From an uncultured Proteiniphilum sp. (lineage in GTDB: Bacteria; Bacteroidota; Bacteroidia; Bacteroidales; Dysgonomonadaceae): 64,000 bases of DNA. The stretch spans positions 18,807 through 82,806 of the forward strand of contig CAZYNA010000003.1 in NCBI GenBank assembly GCA_964648775.1, read 5' to 3'. The stretch's first letter is position 1. The number at the start of each line of letters is the position of its first letter. The notes beneath the pieces were generated by a model. The model was not told the origin of the DNA and did no database searches. It saw only the letters and a program-made list of their open reading frames with translations. Shown here one piece after another: positions 28,136 to 37,875 of this stretch. The position numbers and the translations under genes were made by a program.

Positions 28136-29446
28136 TCAAATAGTAGCTTCGCTCAACTCTATTTTTCTATTTACCAACACCTTATCTATTTTATTTCCAT
28201 CAACATCCACTATTTCAAAAAGTAGATTGTCGTATTCAAACTTATCTCCAATACTCGGTATTTTGTTTATACATGCAAAAACAAAGCCTGCAACCGTTGA
28301 GTAATCAATTTTATCGAAATCAACAATGAAGTTTTCATCATACTGAGTTAAAATTTCAATTGGAGCTTCACCACTTACAAGTGCCGAATTATCATCTCTA
28401 ATAAATATAAGCGGTTCAGTAGATTCTGCATCAGTTTCTTCCGGCACATTGCCTACCAGATTTTCAAAAATATCATGAATGGTTATAATTCCGTCTAAAC
28501 TGCCGTACTCATCCACCACTACAGCAATAAACTTATAGCTGTTTTTGAAGTTTTCAAGTACTTTGTGTGCACGAACAGTATTTGGAATAATTATAGGCTC
28601 CTGTATTAATTCCTCTATTGCAAAATCTTCTCTCTTATTCAAACGTAAGAGGAAATCTCTCATGGATATAACACCAATAAAATCGTCAATCTTTTTCTTA
28701 CAAACCAATATTTTACTATGTTTTGTATTAAGCAAATCTACGATGATTTCTTCCTTGGATTTACTAATATCCACCCACTCAATATCTGTACGGTGGGTCA
28801 TTAAATGCCTTGCCCTCTTATCAGAGAAATAAAATACCTGCTCATGAATTATGTTTTCTTCAACATCAATTACGCCTTCATGTGATGCTGTTTTAAGCAT
28901 TGCACGAAGCTCCATTTCGGATATAATATCATCCTTAGGCTTTAGTCCTATTAGCCTGTTAATGAATCGTGTGGAGAATGCTAGAAGTTTTACAAACGGA
29001 TAGAATATTATGCTTACAACATGAACAGTTGGTGCTGCAAATATTGCCATCTTCTCAGAATTATTTAAAGCGATGGATTTAGGCACCAACTCTCCGATTA
29101 CAATTGATACATAAGTTATCAGAAATACTACAACTACCATTGATATTGCATCTGCAAATGGTGCTGTAATATCGAACTGAAGGAAAAAAGGCACAAGTCT
29201 TCCTGCAAAGGCCTGACCACCATAGGCTCCGTTAATAATTCCTATCAGAGTAATACCTACCTGAATAGATGACAGAAAATTATCGGAATCTGATTGTAAA
29301 GCAAGCGCACGCGCCGCACCTTTAGATCCTTTTTTTCTCTCTGCATCAAGTTTACTCTTTTTTGCAGATACTATAGCAATTTCTGAAAGTGCAAAGAAAC
29401 CATTTAGAAGTATAAGCAAAAGAATGATCAGAACATCAATCCACAT
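28136..29446 (-). CDS. CNNM/TlyC-family membrane protein (DUF21 + CBS pair + CorC_HlyC)
   Basis: 436 aa. N-terminal TM domain with the SEIAIVSA motif, then CBS-like repeats and a C-terminal transporter-associated domain. Confidence 0.8.
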   Translation of the reverse strand: MWIDVLIILLLILLNGFFALSEIAIVSAKKSKLDAERKKGSKGAARALALQSDSDNFLSSIQVGITLIGIINGAYGGQAFAGRLVPFFLQFDITAPFADAISMVVVVFLITYVSIVIGELVPKSIALNNSEKMAIFAAPTVHVVSIIFYPFVKLLAFSTRFINRLIGLKPKDDIISEMELRAMLKTASHEGVIDVEENIIHEQVFYFSDKRARHLMTHRTDIEWVDISKSKEEIIVDLLNTKHSKILVCKKKIDDFIGVISMRDFLLRLNKREDFAIEELIQEPIIIPNTVRAHKVLENFKNSYKFIAVVVDEYGSLDGIITIHDIFENLVGNVPEETDAESTEPLIFIRDDNSALVSGEAPIEILTQYDENFIVDFDKIDYSTVAGFVFACINKIPSIGDKFEYDNLLFEIVDVDGNKIDKVLVNRKIELSEATI

Positions 29447-29478
29447 ATTCTATTTGTTGCAGTATATTATTAACTATA

Positions 29479-30381
29479 TTACCAAAGTGGTGAAGGATAA
29501 ATATTGTCTTCTTTTAGCTGATTAAGCTTTTCAACTACTTCGGGACGATCTTCAGCATATGTTACGCCAAACCATTTTGAAGGTGTATCCAACACTTTTA
29601 CTGTTGCTTCTCCACTAACTGTTAAATGATTAACAAGTAGAGGTATAAAAAACTCAGCTTTTAAGTTTTCTTGATTATCTTTTAAAAATTGAACAAAATA
29701 ATCATCAGAATATTTAAAATAGTCGGGGGTAAATCCCCACATATTCATAGAAACGGGTGTATTATCATCAATCACAACCCAGCTTCCTTCTTCATCTTTA
29801 TAACTTACATCTCCATTGATACGTTTAATTTCTGTACGCTCTACAACACCTGTAAGATTTCCCTCTGCATCTGTTTCACAAATTCCTCTTGCTACAGTGC
29901 CACTTTCTGAAAGAGTGTTTCCTACGCGATATCCTACCATACAATATTTTCTCTCACTATTATCAAGTGTTTTAAGAAAATCGCCTAAAATATGAAAGCT
30001 CTCTCGTCCGTAGAAGTCATCAGCATTAATTACAGCAAAAGGTTCATTAATCACTTCTTTACCCATCATTACGGCATGGTTGGTTCCCCATGGCTTTACC
30101 CTGTCGGGATGTGGTGCAAAGCCTTCAGGAAGATAATCAAGCTCCTGAAATACTAACTCTACGGGAATCTTTTTCTCGTATTTCTTAACTATCTTTTCTT
30201 TAAAATCTTTTTCAAATGATTTACGTATTACAAAAACCAGTTTACCAAAACCGGCATTTACAGCGTCGTAAATTGAGTAATCCATGATAGTTTCGCCATT
30301 AGGCCCCACTCCATCCAATTGTTTGAGTCCGCCATATCGACTACCCATTCCTGCTGCTAAAACAAATAATGTAGGTTTCAT
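29479..30381 (-). CDS. sugar-phosphate nucleotidyltransferase-family protein
   Basis: 300 aa. N-terminal LAAGMGSRYGGLKQL pyrophosphorylase signature. Confidence 0.65.
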   Translation of the reverse strand: MKPTLFVLAAGMGSRYGGLKQLDGVGPNGETIMDYSIYDAVNAGFGKLVFVIRKSFEKDFKEKIVKKYEKKIPVELVFQELDYLPEGFAPHPDRVKPWGTNHAVMMGKEVINEPFAVINADDFYGRESFHILGDFLKTLDNSERKYCMVGYRVGNTLSESGTVARGICETDAEGNLTGVVERTEIKRINGDVSYKDEEGSWVVIDDNTPVSMNMWGFTPDYFKYSDDYFVQFLKDNQENLKAEFFIPLLVNHLTVSGEATVKVLDTPSKWFGVTYAEDRPEVVEKLNQLKEDNIYPSPLW

Positions 30382-30581
30382 CTAATTATAATTCTTAAAT
30401 TGTTATCTCTACAAATGTAAGATTATTTAATAATATGAGAAAAATTAAGAGTGAAAAAAACACGATAAATTGTAACATTTTTATTAAATTTTGAATGATT
30501 ATAAACATATTTGAAAGTTGATACGTTATAGAATATTATAAAAGGGTCATATAAACTATAAAAAAACAAACTTTTTAAATT

Positions 30582-30926
30582 ATGGAGACTGAAATTACTG
30601 GTAACACTCAGAAAACACAAGACAAAACAATTGCTATTGTAGCTTATCTAACGCTAATTGGGCTGATAATAGCTTTTGTGATGAACAACGAGAAGAAAGA
30701 TCCTTTCTCAAGCTTTCATATTAGGCAATCGTTGGGCTTGACGCTAACCAGCCTGGTATTAAGTTTGATTAACATTATTCCGGTGCTTGGATGGATTGTT
30801 AGTCTCGTTGGTTATTTTGTTTTACTGTACATGTGGATTATGGGACTTTTAAATGCTATTAACGGCAGAAGAAAAGTAGTTCCTATACTTGGCGATAAGT
30901 ATGAGGAATGGTTTAAATCAATTTGA
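30582..30926 (+). CDS. small integral membrane protein (DUF4870-like)
   Basis: 114 aa with 3 hydrophobic helices and the FHIRQSLGL motif. Confidence 0.5.
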   Translation: METEITGNTQKTQDKTIAIVAYLTLIGLIIAFVMNNEKKDPFSSFHIRQSLGLTLTSLVLSLINIIPVLGWIVSLVGYFVLLYMWIMGLLNAINGRRKVVPILGDKYEEWFKSI

Positions 30927-30962
30927 GTTTTTTATTATTCACAGCTTAACAATTTAAAGACA

Positions 30963-31766
30963 ATGAAATCAATGAAATTCATCGTTACCTTCGTTGTGCT
31001 CTTTTGTATCACATTTAGTGCAGAGGCGCAATTTTTAAACAGGTTGAAAGATAAGGTTATTGAGAGAACCACTAATGTGGTTATAGACAAAACAGCAGAT
31101 AAAGCTGCTGATGAAGCGAGCAAAGCAATGGAGGGCATTCTTAACCCGAATTTAGATGGTTTGTTTAATTTTGGCACTTCATCTATGGATGTAAGTAATT
31201 TACCAGCTTCGTATAATTTCAGTTACAGCTATAAAGTAAGGATGAAAAGCCAAGGTGAGGAAATAGACATGGAGTATCTTTTGAGCCAAAATGAGCCCTA
31301 CTTTGGTGCTAAAGCAGAGATGGCCCCTGATATGCTTATGATTTTTGACACTGATAATAACGCTATTGTAATAAAATCAGGGGATGCCGTTTTTGCAAGA
31401 GCACTTCCTGAAGATACAGACATAGACTCAGAGGAAATAGATATTTATTCTAAATACTCTTTTAGCGAGCTGCCCGATAGAACCTTTCTGGGATATAATT
31501 GCAAGGGTTATCTGATGGAAGATGATGAGAATTCATTTAAGGTGTATATAGCTCCCGGTGTTGGTGTTAGTTTTGCCAGCTTCGACAGTGAGAAAGGGTT
31601 GCCTGCAAATATGCCCAAAGAAATGGCCGAGTTTGCAAAAAGATATGAAAACGGACTTATGATGTTTATGGAGATGGAGGATAAACAAAGCAATAGGAGT
31701 GACAGGATTACTACTATGGAATGTATCTCCTTTAATGAATCGGATGTTTCTGTAAAAATCAGATAA
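30963..31766 (+). CDS. secreted hypothetical protein (possibly DUF4412-like)
   Basis: 267 aa. Signal peptide ending SAEAQ. Confidence 0.45.
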   Translation: MKSMKFIVTFVVLFCITFSAEAQFLNRLKDKVIERTTNVVIDKTADKAADEASKAMEGILNPNLDGLFNFGTSSMDVSNLPASYNFSYSYKVRMKSQGEEIDMEYLLSQNEPYFGAKAEMAPDMLMIFDTDNNAIVIKSGDAVFARALPEDTDIDSEEIDIYSKYSFSELPDRTFLGYNCKGYLMEDDENSFKVYIAPGVGVSFASFDSEKGLPANMPKEMAEFAKRYENGLMMFMEMEDKQSNRSDRITTMECISFNESDVSVKIR

Positions 31767-32430
31767 ATTCAAAAGATTGCCAAAGTATATCATTTGGCAC
31801 AGGTGCAGTTATATCTATAGTTTTCAAGGAAACGGGATGTACGAAGGTTATTGTTCTTGCATGCAGGCTGATGCTTCCATCAGGGTTTGAGCGTTTAGCG
31901 CCATACTTGAGATCTCCCTTAATAGGACAACCTATTTTTGACAACTGAACTCGTATTTGGTGGTGTCTGCCTGTTTCAAGTGACACTTCCAGAAGATTAT
32001 AGTTCTGAGATTTTGAAATCAACTTATAATCAAGAACTGCTTTTTTACTGCCTTTGACTTCTTTGTCATAGGCTGTTGATTTGTTTTTTTTCTCGTCCTT
32101 TTTAAGCCAATGAACTAATCGGCCTTCAATATCAGAGGGCGTGTCTTTTGTTATTGCCCAGTAGGTTTTTTCAACTTTGTTGTCACGAAACATTTCATTT
32201 AATCTGGTTAATGCTTTGCTGGTTTTAGCAAAAACCAGAACTCCTGTTGTTGGTCTGTCTAAACGATGCGTAACACCACAAAAAACGTTGCCGGGCTTGT
32301 TATACTTATCCTTAAGATACTCTTTAACAATGTCCGACAACGGTTTATCTCCGGTTTTGTCTCCCTGAACTATCTCACCGGAGGCTTTATTTACTATTAT
32401 TATATGATTGTCTTCGTATAAAACTGTCAT
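31759..32430 (-). CDS. RluA-family pseudouridine synthase
   Basis: 223 aa. Catalytic motif HRLDRPTTGVLVFAK. Confidence 0.85.
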   Translation of the reverse strand: MTVLYEDNHIIIVNKASGEIVQGDKTGDKPLSDIVKEYLKDKYNKPGNVFCGVTHRLDRPTTGVLVFAKTSKALTRLNEMFRDNKVEKTYWAITKDTPSDIEGRLVHWLKKDEKKNKSTAYDKEVKGSKKAVLDYKLISKSQNYNLLEVSLETGRHHQIRVQLSKIGCPIKGDLKYGAKRSNPDGSISLHARTITFVHPVSLKTIDITAPVPNDILWQSFEFI

Positions 32431-32431
32431 A

Positions 32432-33178
32432 TCAGGTATTCATACCTCCACAGACATTTATTACCTGACCGCTTACATATGAGGATAAATCTGAGGCAAG
32501 ATAGAGTGCAGCATTAGCAACATCATCCGGTGTTCCGCCTCGGCGAAGAGGTATTTGTTTTGCCCATTCGTTGCGCACTTCTTCTGACAACTGACCAGTC
32601 ATATCAGTAATAATGAATCCGGGGGCAATTGAGTTGGCACGTATTCCTCTGGAGCCTAATTCTTTGGCAGTAGACTTAGCTAACCCAATCATACCTGCTT
32701 TTGAAGCTGAGTAGTTTGACTGACCGGCATTACCGGAAACTCCTACTACTGAGCTCATATTTATAATACTGCCTGATTTTTGACGCATCATTACAGGTGT
32801 AACAGCGTGTATAAAATTGAAAGCTGATTTCAGGTTAACATTGATAACTGCATCCCATTGTTGCTCACTCATTCTCATAAGGAGACCATCTTTGGTGATA
32901 CCTGCGTTATTAACAAGAATATCTATTCTTCCAAAATCTTTCATTATCTCCTCAACAACACTGTGACTTTCATCAAAGTTTGCTGCATTTGAAGCGTATC
33001 CTTTGCATTTTACACCAAGAGCAGTGATCTCTTTTTCTGTTTCTTTTCCTGACTCATCAATTGTTAAATCAGTAAATGCAATATTTGCACCTTCGGTAGC
33101 GAACTTTACAGCTATTGCTTTCCCAATTCCTCGGGCAGCACCGGTTATTAGTGCGGTTTTACCTTCCAATAATTTCAT
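32432..33178 (-). CDS. fabG: 3-oxoacyl-ACP reductase
   Basis: 248 aa. SDR motifs TGAARGIG, NNAG and YSASKAG. Confidence 0.9.
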   Translation of the reverse strand: MKLLEGKTALITGAARGIGKAIAVKFATEGANIAFTDLTIDESGKETEKEITALGVKCKGYASNAANFDESHSVVEEIMKDFGRIDILVNNAGITKDGLLMRMSEQQWDAVINVNLKSAFNFIHAVTPVMMRQKSGSIINMSSVVGVSGNAGQSNYSASKAGMIGLAKSTAKELGSRGIRANSIAPGFIITDMTGQLSEEVRNEWAKQIPLRRGGTPDDVANAALYLASDLSSYVSGQVINVCGGMNT

Positions 33179-33236
33179 ATAATTTTAATTTGTTGTTCAA
33201 TATTTATTTTAAATCTATATATTGTAATAAAATGAG

Positions 33237-33839
33237 TTACTTCGAATAAATACCTTTAAACACCAGATTAGATATCAAGTCTCTATCTTCTTTTTTGCTG
33301 TAATCTAACTTCAAAACACCTCTTATTGCGGGTACTTCAAGTCCTTTAAATGCATAATGAAGGATTTCAGCAGTCTGTTTTATCTCTTTTAAATCGAAGA
33401 TACCTTTCTCGCAACCATCTTTAATAATAGTCTCAAGATAATGTATCTCTTTCCGGTCGAATATTTTTCTTACTGTTTCTACTTCCCAGATATCTCTGAA
33501 AAAATCTGCTTTTAATGTTCCATTGCGGGTTACAACATCTTTTATAGCATTGAGTCTTGTGAAAGCAAGCATTAATAATTTTTCATCGGCAGGAATATCA
33601 CGTTTTACTACATCCTCAAGCTTTTTGTATAGTAAATCAAGCTCAGACTCAATTACAGCTTTATAAATTTCATTTTTACTGCTAAAATAGGTATAAAGTG
33701 TTCGTCTGCCACGTTTAGACGCCATGGCAATATCGTTCATGGTGGTATTCTCAACGCCATTCTTTGCGAAAAGCTGTCGAGCCACATCTATTAAATTTGT
33801 CTTTGTTTTTGAAATTGCTGAAGCCACTCTTTCTTGCAC
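33237..33839 (-). CDS. TetR/AcrR-family transcriptional regulator
   Basis: 200 aa. N-terminal HTH region (ARQLFAKNGVENTTMNDIAMASKRGRRTLYTYF). Confidence 0.8.
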   Translation of the reverse strand: MQERVASAISKTKTNLIDVARQLFAKNGVENTTMNDIAMASKRGRRTLYTYFSSKNEIYKAVIESELDLLYKKLEDVVKRDIPADEKLLMLAFTRLNAIKDVVTRNGTLKADFFRDIWEVETVRKIFDRKEIHYLETIIKDGCEKGIFDLKEIKQTAEILHYAFKGLEVPAIRGVLKLDYSKKEDRDLISNLVFKGIYSK

Positions 33840-33908
33840 ATTTTATTAATATATGTGCAAAAATATAACAAACATTTCAAATTTCATAGGTTAATCAAAT
33901 ATTTTTTG

Positions 33909-34484
33909 CTATTCAGACTTATTTAAAAGGTTTGCTGCTTCACAAACTTGAGCATACCACTCTTCTCCAAATTTTCTGATTAACGGTTCTTTGAGGAAAC
34001 GGTAAAGTGGCACTCCATTTCTATTGCCAAGCTCAATAGCAGGCTCACATATCGACCATCTGTGATAGTTTACAGCAGTGAAGTCTTTATACTCTGTAAG
34101 TCTTATTGGGTAAAGATGACAAGATATTGGTTTTTGAACTGATATTCTACCTTCTCTGAATGCATTATCAATTGCGCATTTACAAATTCCATTTTCATCA
34201 AAAAACGTAAACACACACTCTTCACCTTTAATTATTGAGGTTACGAGCTCACCATCATAATCGGTATAAGCAATTCCTTGCTTATTTATCACCTCCTGCG
34301 CTTTAGGTGAAAGATCATTCCATATCTCCGGTAGTATCTCGTTTATCTGCTTCACTTCTTCTGCTGTTACAGGCGCCCCCGATTCGCCATCAACACAGCA
34401 CTGACCTTTACATTTACATAAGTCGCAAATAAATTTCTCTTCAAATATTTCGTCGGAGATTAATGTATTTTGAATTTCTATCAT
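33909..34484 (-). CDS. DUF3109-family Cys-rich protein
   Basis: 191 aa. CDLCKCKGQCCVDGESGAP cluster. The start codon overlaps the stop of the upstream CPBP gene (TAATG). Confidence 0.65.
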   Translation of the reverse strand: MIEIQNTLISDEIFEEKFICDLCKCKGQCCVDGESGAPVTAEEVKQINEILPEIWNDLSPKAQEVINKQGIAYTDYDGELVTSIIKGEECVFTFFDENGICKCAIDNAFREGRISVQKPISCHLYPIRLTEYKDFTAVNYHRWSICEPAIELGNRNGVPLYRFLKEPLIRKFGEEWYAQVCEAANLLNKSE

Positions 34485-35446
34485 TATGCTTTTAATTTAT
34501 TCACATCTGTTTCAATGTTATATACTCTCTTTTTATATGAGACAAAAAGTGCAATTGTAAGCGCTAAACTTGTTAAAGCAAGTACTATATATGAAAAAGT
34601 AACAGGCGCTTCGTCAATATTTTTGTACCAATCTGTATCACTCCAAAAGAAATAAACTACAATTACAGATGCGTTATTTATAAAATGAAAAATTATTGGC
34701 ACCCACAGGTTGCGAGTGTAAAAATATAGATATCCAAGTATAGCTCCAAGAAAAAGTCGCGGTAAGAATCCATAAAACTGAAAATGTATAAAACTAAAAA
34801 CAAAAGCAGCCAACCAAACGGATAAATGTATATTCTTGAATTTCTCCTGAATAAACTGTTGTATTGCGCCACGGAAAAACATCTCTTCTGAGAGTGCTGC
34901 CAAACCTGCTACTACCAATATATTTAATATTAAAAACCAAAAAGTATCGCTCGAAAGCAACAAATTAGTTGTTTCCATTGCAGCATTCTCCATTGAACGA
35001 GCAACTTCCTCTAATCCACTCAATGATTTTGGGAATATAAATCTCTTATTAAGTTGTCCAATAAATGAGGTAAAAGTGTATGAAAAAATAAATACTAATA
35101 CAGCAAACAGGGTATCCACTCCAATATTTTTAGAACTGTTAGTCATTTTAATATATTGAAATGGCCTGGGATTTGTCCATGCCACTATTAAATATGATGG
35201 TATTGCAATTGCAAATACTGACTGAGTTATTGTATTAACATATAATTCTGTCAACTGATTATCTGCACTAATACCCGGAATCAAAAATATTATTTTGGAA
35301 ATTGCTGTAGATATAAATAACCCAATAAGCAAGAAAAGAAAAAGATATGCTATTTTGAATCCGGGAGATGCTGTAGTAAGTAGAGGAATTCTTTTCACTT
35401 TATCTATTTTTTCACAAAGATACTCTATTATTTCTAACTGTGCCAT
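34484..35446 (-). CDS. CPBP (CAAX) family intramembrane metalloprotease
   Basis: 320 aa, polytopic. Motifs EEMFFRG and HFINN. Confidence 0.8.
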   Translation of the reverse strand: MAQLEIIEYLCEKIDKVKRIPLLTTASPGFKIAYLFLFLLIGLFISTAISKIIFLIPGISADNQLTELYVNTITQSVFAIAIPSYLIVAWTNPRPFQYIKMTNSSKNIGVDTLFAVLVFIFSYTFTSFIGQLNKRFIFPKSLSGLEEVARSMENAAMETTNLLLSSDTFWFLILNILVVAGLAALSEEMFFRGAIQQFIQEKFKNIHLSVWLAAFVFSFIHFQFYGFLPRLFLGAILGYLYFYTRNLWVPIIFHFINNASVIVVYFFWSDTDWYKNIDEAPVTFSYIVLALTSLALTIALFVSYKKRVYNIETDVNKLKA

Positions 35447-35576
35447 GCGATTTTAAAGCATATTTGCAGTTGTTATTTTTGCAAATTGAAAGAATAAGAT
35501 TAATTTTGCACACTTAATAAAAAAAATGATTCAATCGGTTGAATTTAACCGACTTTGAAAAAAACAATCCATATAA

Positions 35577-37046
35577 ATGAAGTCAACGCTAAATAAAAAA
35601 GACGAGGTTAACGGAACCATCGTCATTGAGCTTGAAAAAGCTGATTATCAGGAGCAAGTTAACAAATCGTTAAATCAACTACGTCTAAGAGCCGACATTC
35701 CTGGTTTTCGTCAGGGTAAAGTACCTAAAGGTGTGATCCAGAAGCTTTATGGCAAATCTGTACTTGTTGATGAGCTAAATAAGATAGTGACTGAAGAAGT
35801 CTCTAATTTTATACGTGAAAACAATTTAAAAGTTCTTGGAGAACCTCTTCCCGATAATAGTGAAGACAAACAGGTGGATCTGGATAAAGATGAAAATTTT
35901 GTGTTTTATTTTGATGTAGGTCTTACCCCTGAGTTTGATACAGTAGTAGATAAGAGTATCGAACTCACATACTATAACGTTGAACTGGAAGCGGATTTAC
36001 TTGAAAAACAAATAGATTCTTATAAACAAAACTATGGAACATACCTGACAGTTGAGGAAGAGTCTATTGAAACCGACTTATTAAAAGGCACTTTAACCGA
36101 AATTGAAAATGGTGAAGTTAAAGAGAACGGAAGTGTTATTGAAAACGCTGTTCTTATGCCTTCATACTTAAAAGATGAGCAAATTAAGAAACAGTTTGTG
36201 GGAGCAAAAGTAGGCGAAAGTGTTGTCTTTAACCCTAAAACTGCATACGATAATAATGAAGCTGAAGTAGCATCACTTTTACAAACTACAAAAGAAGATG
36301 TTGCAGATATAAATAGTGATTTTCGTTTTGATATAAACGAAGTAACACGATATAAGGAAGCTGAACTCAATCAGGAACTTTTCGATAAAGTTTTTGGTGA
36401 AGGTGCAGTTAAAACAGAGGAGGAGTTCAAGGAAAAGATTCAGAAAGATATTGAGTCGCAATTTAAACCGAATGCCGATCATCTCATTATTCATGAAGCA
36501 AGAGATATAATTGTGGAAAAAATGAGTGATATTCAATTTCCTGATGAATTTCTTAAACGTTGGCTAAAAGAAACAAACGAAGGAAGATCTCCTGAAGAAA
36601 TAGATGAGGATTATCCAAAAATTCTCGAAGATCTTAAGTTTCATGTTGCAAGACAAAAAATTGTTGAGGACAATGATATTAAGGTGGAGTTCACAGATGT
36701 TGAGGAATTAGCTATTGAGGTTGCAAAAGCGCAGTTTGCTCAATATGGCATGACAAACCTTCCTGCCGATGTATTACAGAATTATGCCAAAACTCTTCTT
36801 GAGAAGCAGGAAACCGTACAAAATCTATTTGAAAGAGCAACTGAAAACAAGGTTATTGATTGGCTTAAAGAAAATGTAACTCTTATTGAAAAACAGGTTT
36901 CAACAAAAGAGTTTAACGAAATAATGTCTGAGCATTCTCATGAGCATGGTGAACATGATGAGCATGAGCACAATGAGGAATTTAGTATAGAAGAAGAACA
37001 ACAGGAAGAAAGCTCCTCAACTGCAGATGAAAACATTACTGAATAA
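35577..37046 (+). CDS. tig: trigger factor with an acidic/His-rich C-terminal tail
   Basis: 489 aa. Lies upstream of clpP-clpX and has the FRQGKVP motif. The tail is SEHSHEHGEHDEHEHNEEFSIEEEQQEE... Confidence 0.9.
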   Translation: MKSTLNKKDEVNGTIVIELEKADYQEQVNKSLNQLRLRADIPGFRQGKVPKGVIQKLYGKSVLVDELNKIVTEEVSNFIRENNLKVLGEPLPDNSEDKQVDLDKDENFVFYFDVGLTPEFDTVVDKSIELTYYNVELEADLLEKQIDSYKQNYGTYLTVEEESIETDLLKGTLTEIENGEVKENGSVIENAVLMPSYLKDEQIKKQFVGAKVGESVVFNPKTAYDNNEAEVASLLQTTKEDVADINSDFRFDINEVTRYKEAELNQELFDKVFGEGAVKTEEEFKEKIQKDIESQFKPNADHLIIHEARDIIVEKMSDIQFPDEFLKRWLKETNEGRSPEEIDEDYPKILEDLKFHVARQKIVEDNDIKVEFTDVEELAIEVAKAQFAQYGMTNLPADVLQNYAKTLLEKQETVQNLFERATENKVIDWLKENVTLIEKQVSTKEFNEIMSEHSHEHGEHDEHEHNEEFSIEEEQQEESSSTADENITE

Positions 37047-37188
37047 GAGCTAATATACTAAAACTGATGTTTTAGTTTTGTTTTAGCTTTGATATTCAAT
37101 TAATAGTTTTTAAATTTGTTACGTTTCTGGCATTTTATTTGCAGTAGTTGTATTGACAGCTTATGTTGAACGAATCAAAAGACAATTT

Positions 37189-37863
37189 ATGAACAACGAA
37201 TTTAGAAATTATGCCGTAAAGCATTTAGGCATGAATGGCTCCAGACTAGACAGTTATATGAATTTAACAAGTCAGGGCGGAGGCTATATTTCACCAACAA
37301 TTATTGAAGAGCGCAGACTTAATGTAGCGCAAATGGATGTTTTTTCGCGTCTAATGATGGACCGAATAATATTCCTTGGAACAGCTATTGATGATTACAC
37401 TGCAAACGTGATACAAGCTCAGCTCTTATATCTTGACTCAGCTGATCCCGGCAAAGATATTTCTATATACATTAATTCTCCCGGGGGATCTGTTTATGCA
37501 GGCTTGGGAATTTATGATACAATGCAGTTTATTTCAAGCGACATCTCAACAATCTGTACCGGAATTGCAGCCTCAATGGCAGCCATTCTCCTCGTAGCAG
37601 GAACAGAGAAGAAACGTTATGCGCTTACACACTCAAGAGTTATGATTCATCAGCCAATGGGTGGCGTACAAGGTCAAGCATCGGATATAGAAATAACTGC
37701 CAGGGAAATTGCTAAGATAAAGCAAGAATTATATACTATTATTTCAAAGCATTCAGGCAAACCAATAGAAGACATCAGCCGTGATTCGGATCGTGACTTC
37801 TGGATGACTGCATCTGAAGCTAAAAATTATGGTATGGTAGATGATGTATTGGTGAAGAAATAA
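37189..37863 (+). CDS. clpP: ATP-dependent Clp protease proteolytic subunit
   Basis: The start is placed at MNNEFRNYAVKHLGMNG. It has the catalytic-Ser context GIAASMAA and HQP. Confidence 0.9.
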   Translation: MNNEFRNYAVKHLGMNGSRLDSYMNLTSQGGGYISPTIIEERRLNVAQMDVFSRLMMDRIIFLGTAIDDYTANVIQAQLLYLDSADPGKDISIYINSPGGSVYAGLGIYDTMQFISSDISTICTGIAASMAAILLVAGTEKKRYALTHSRVMIHQPMGGVQGQASDIEITAREIAKIKQELYTIISKHSGKPIEDISRDSDRDFWMTASEAKNYGMVDDVLVKK

Positions 37864-37875
37864 TAACCCCTAAAT

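Noticed and set aside
31759-31766. 8-nt overlap of the convergent 3' ends of the secreted-protein gene and the RluA-family gene
   Set aside because: This is a common compact-genome arrangement, and no additional structure or signal is visible.
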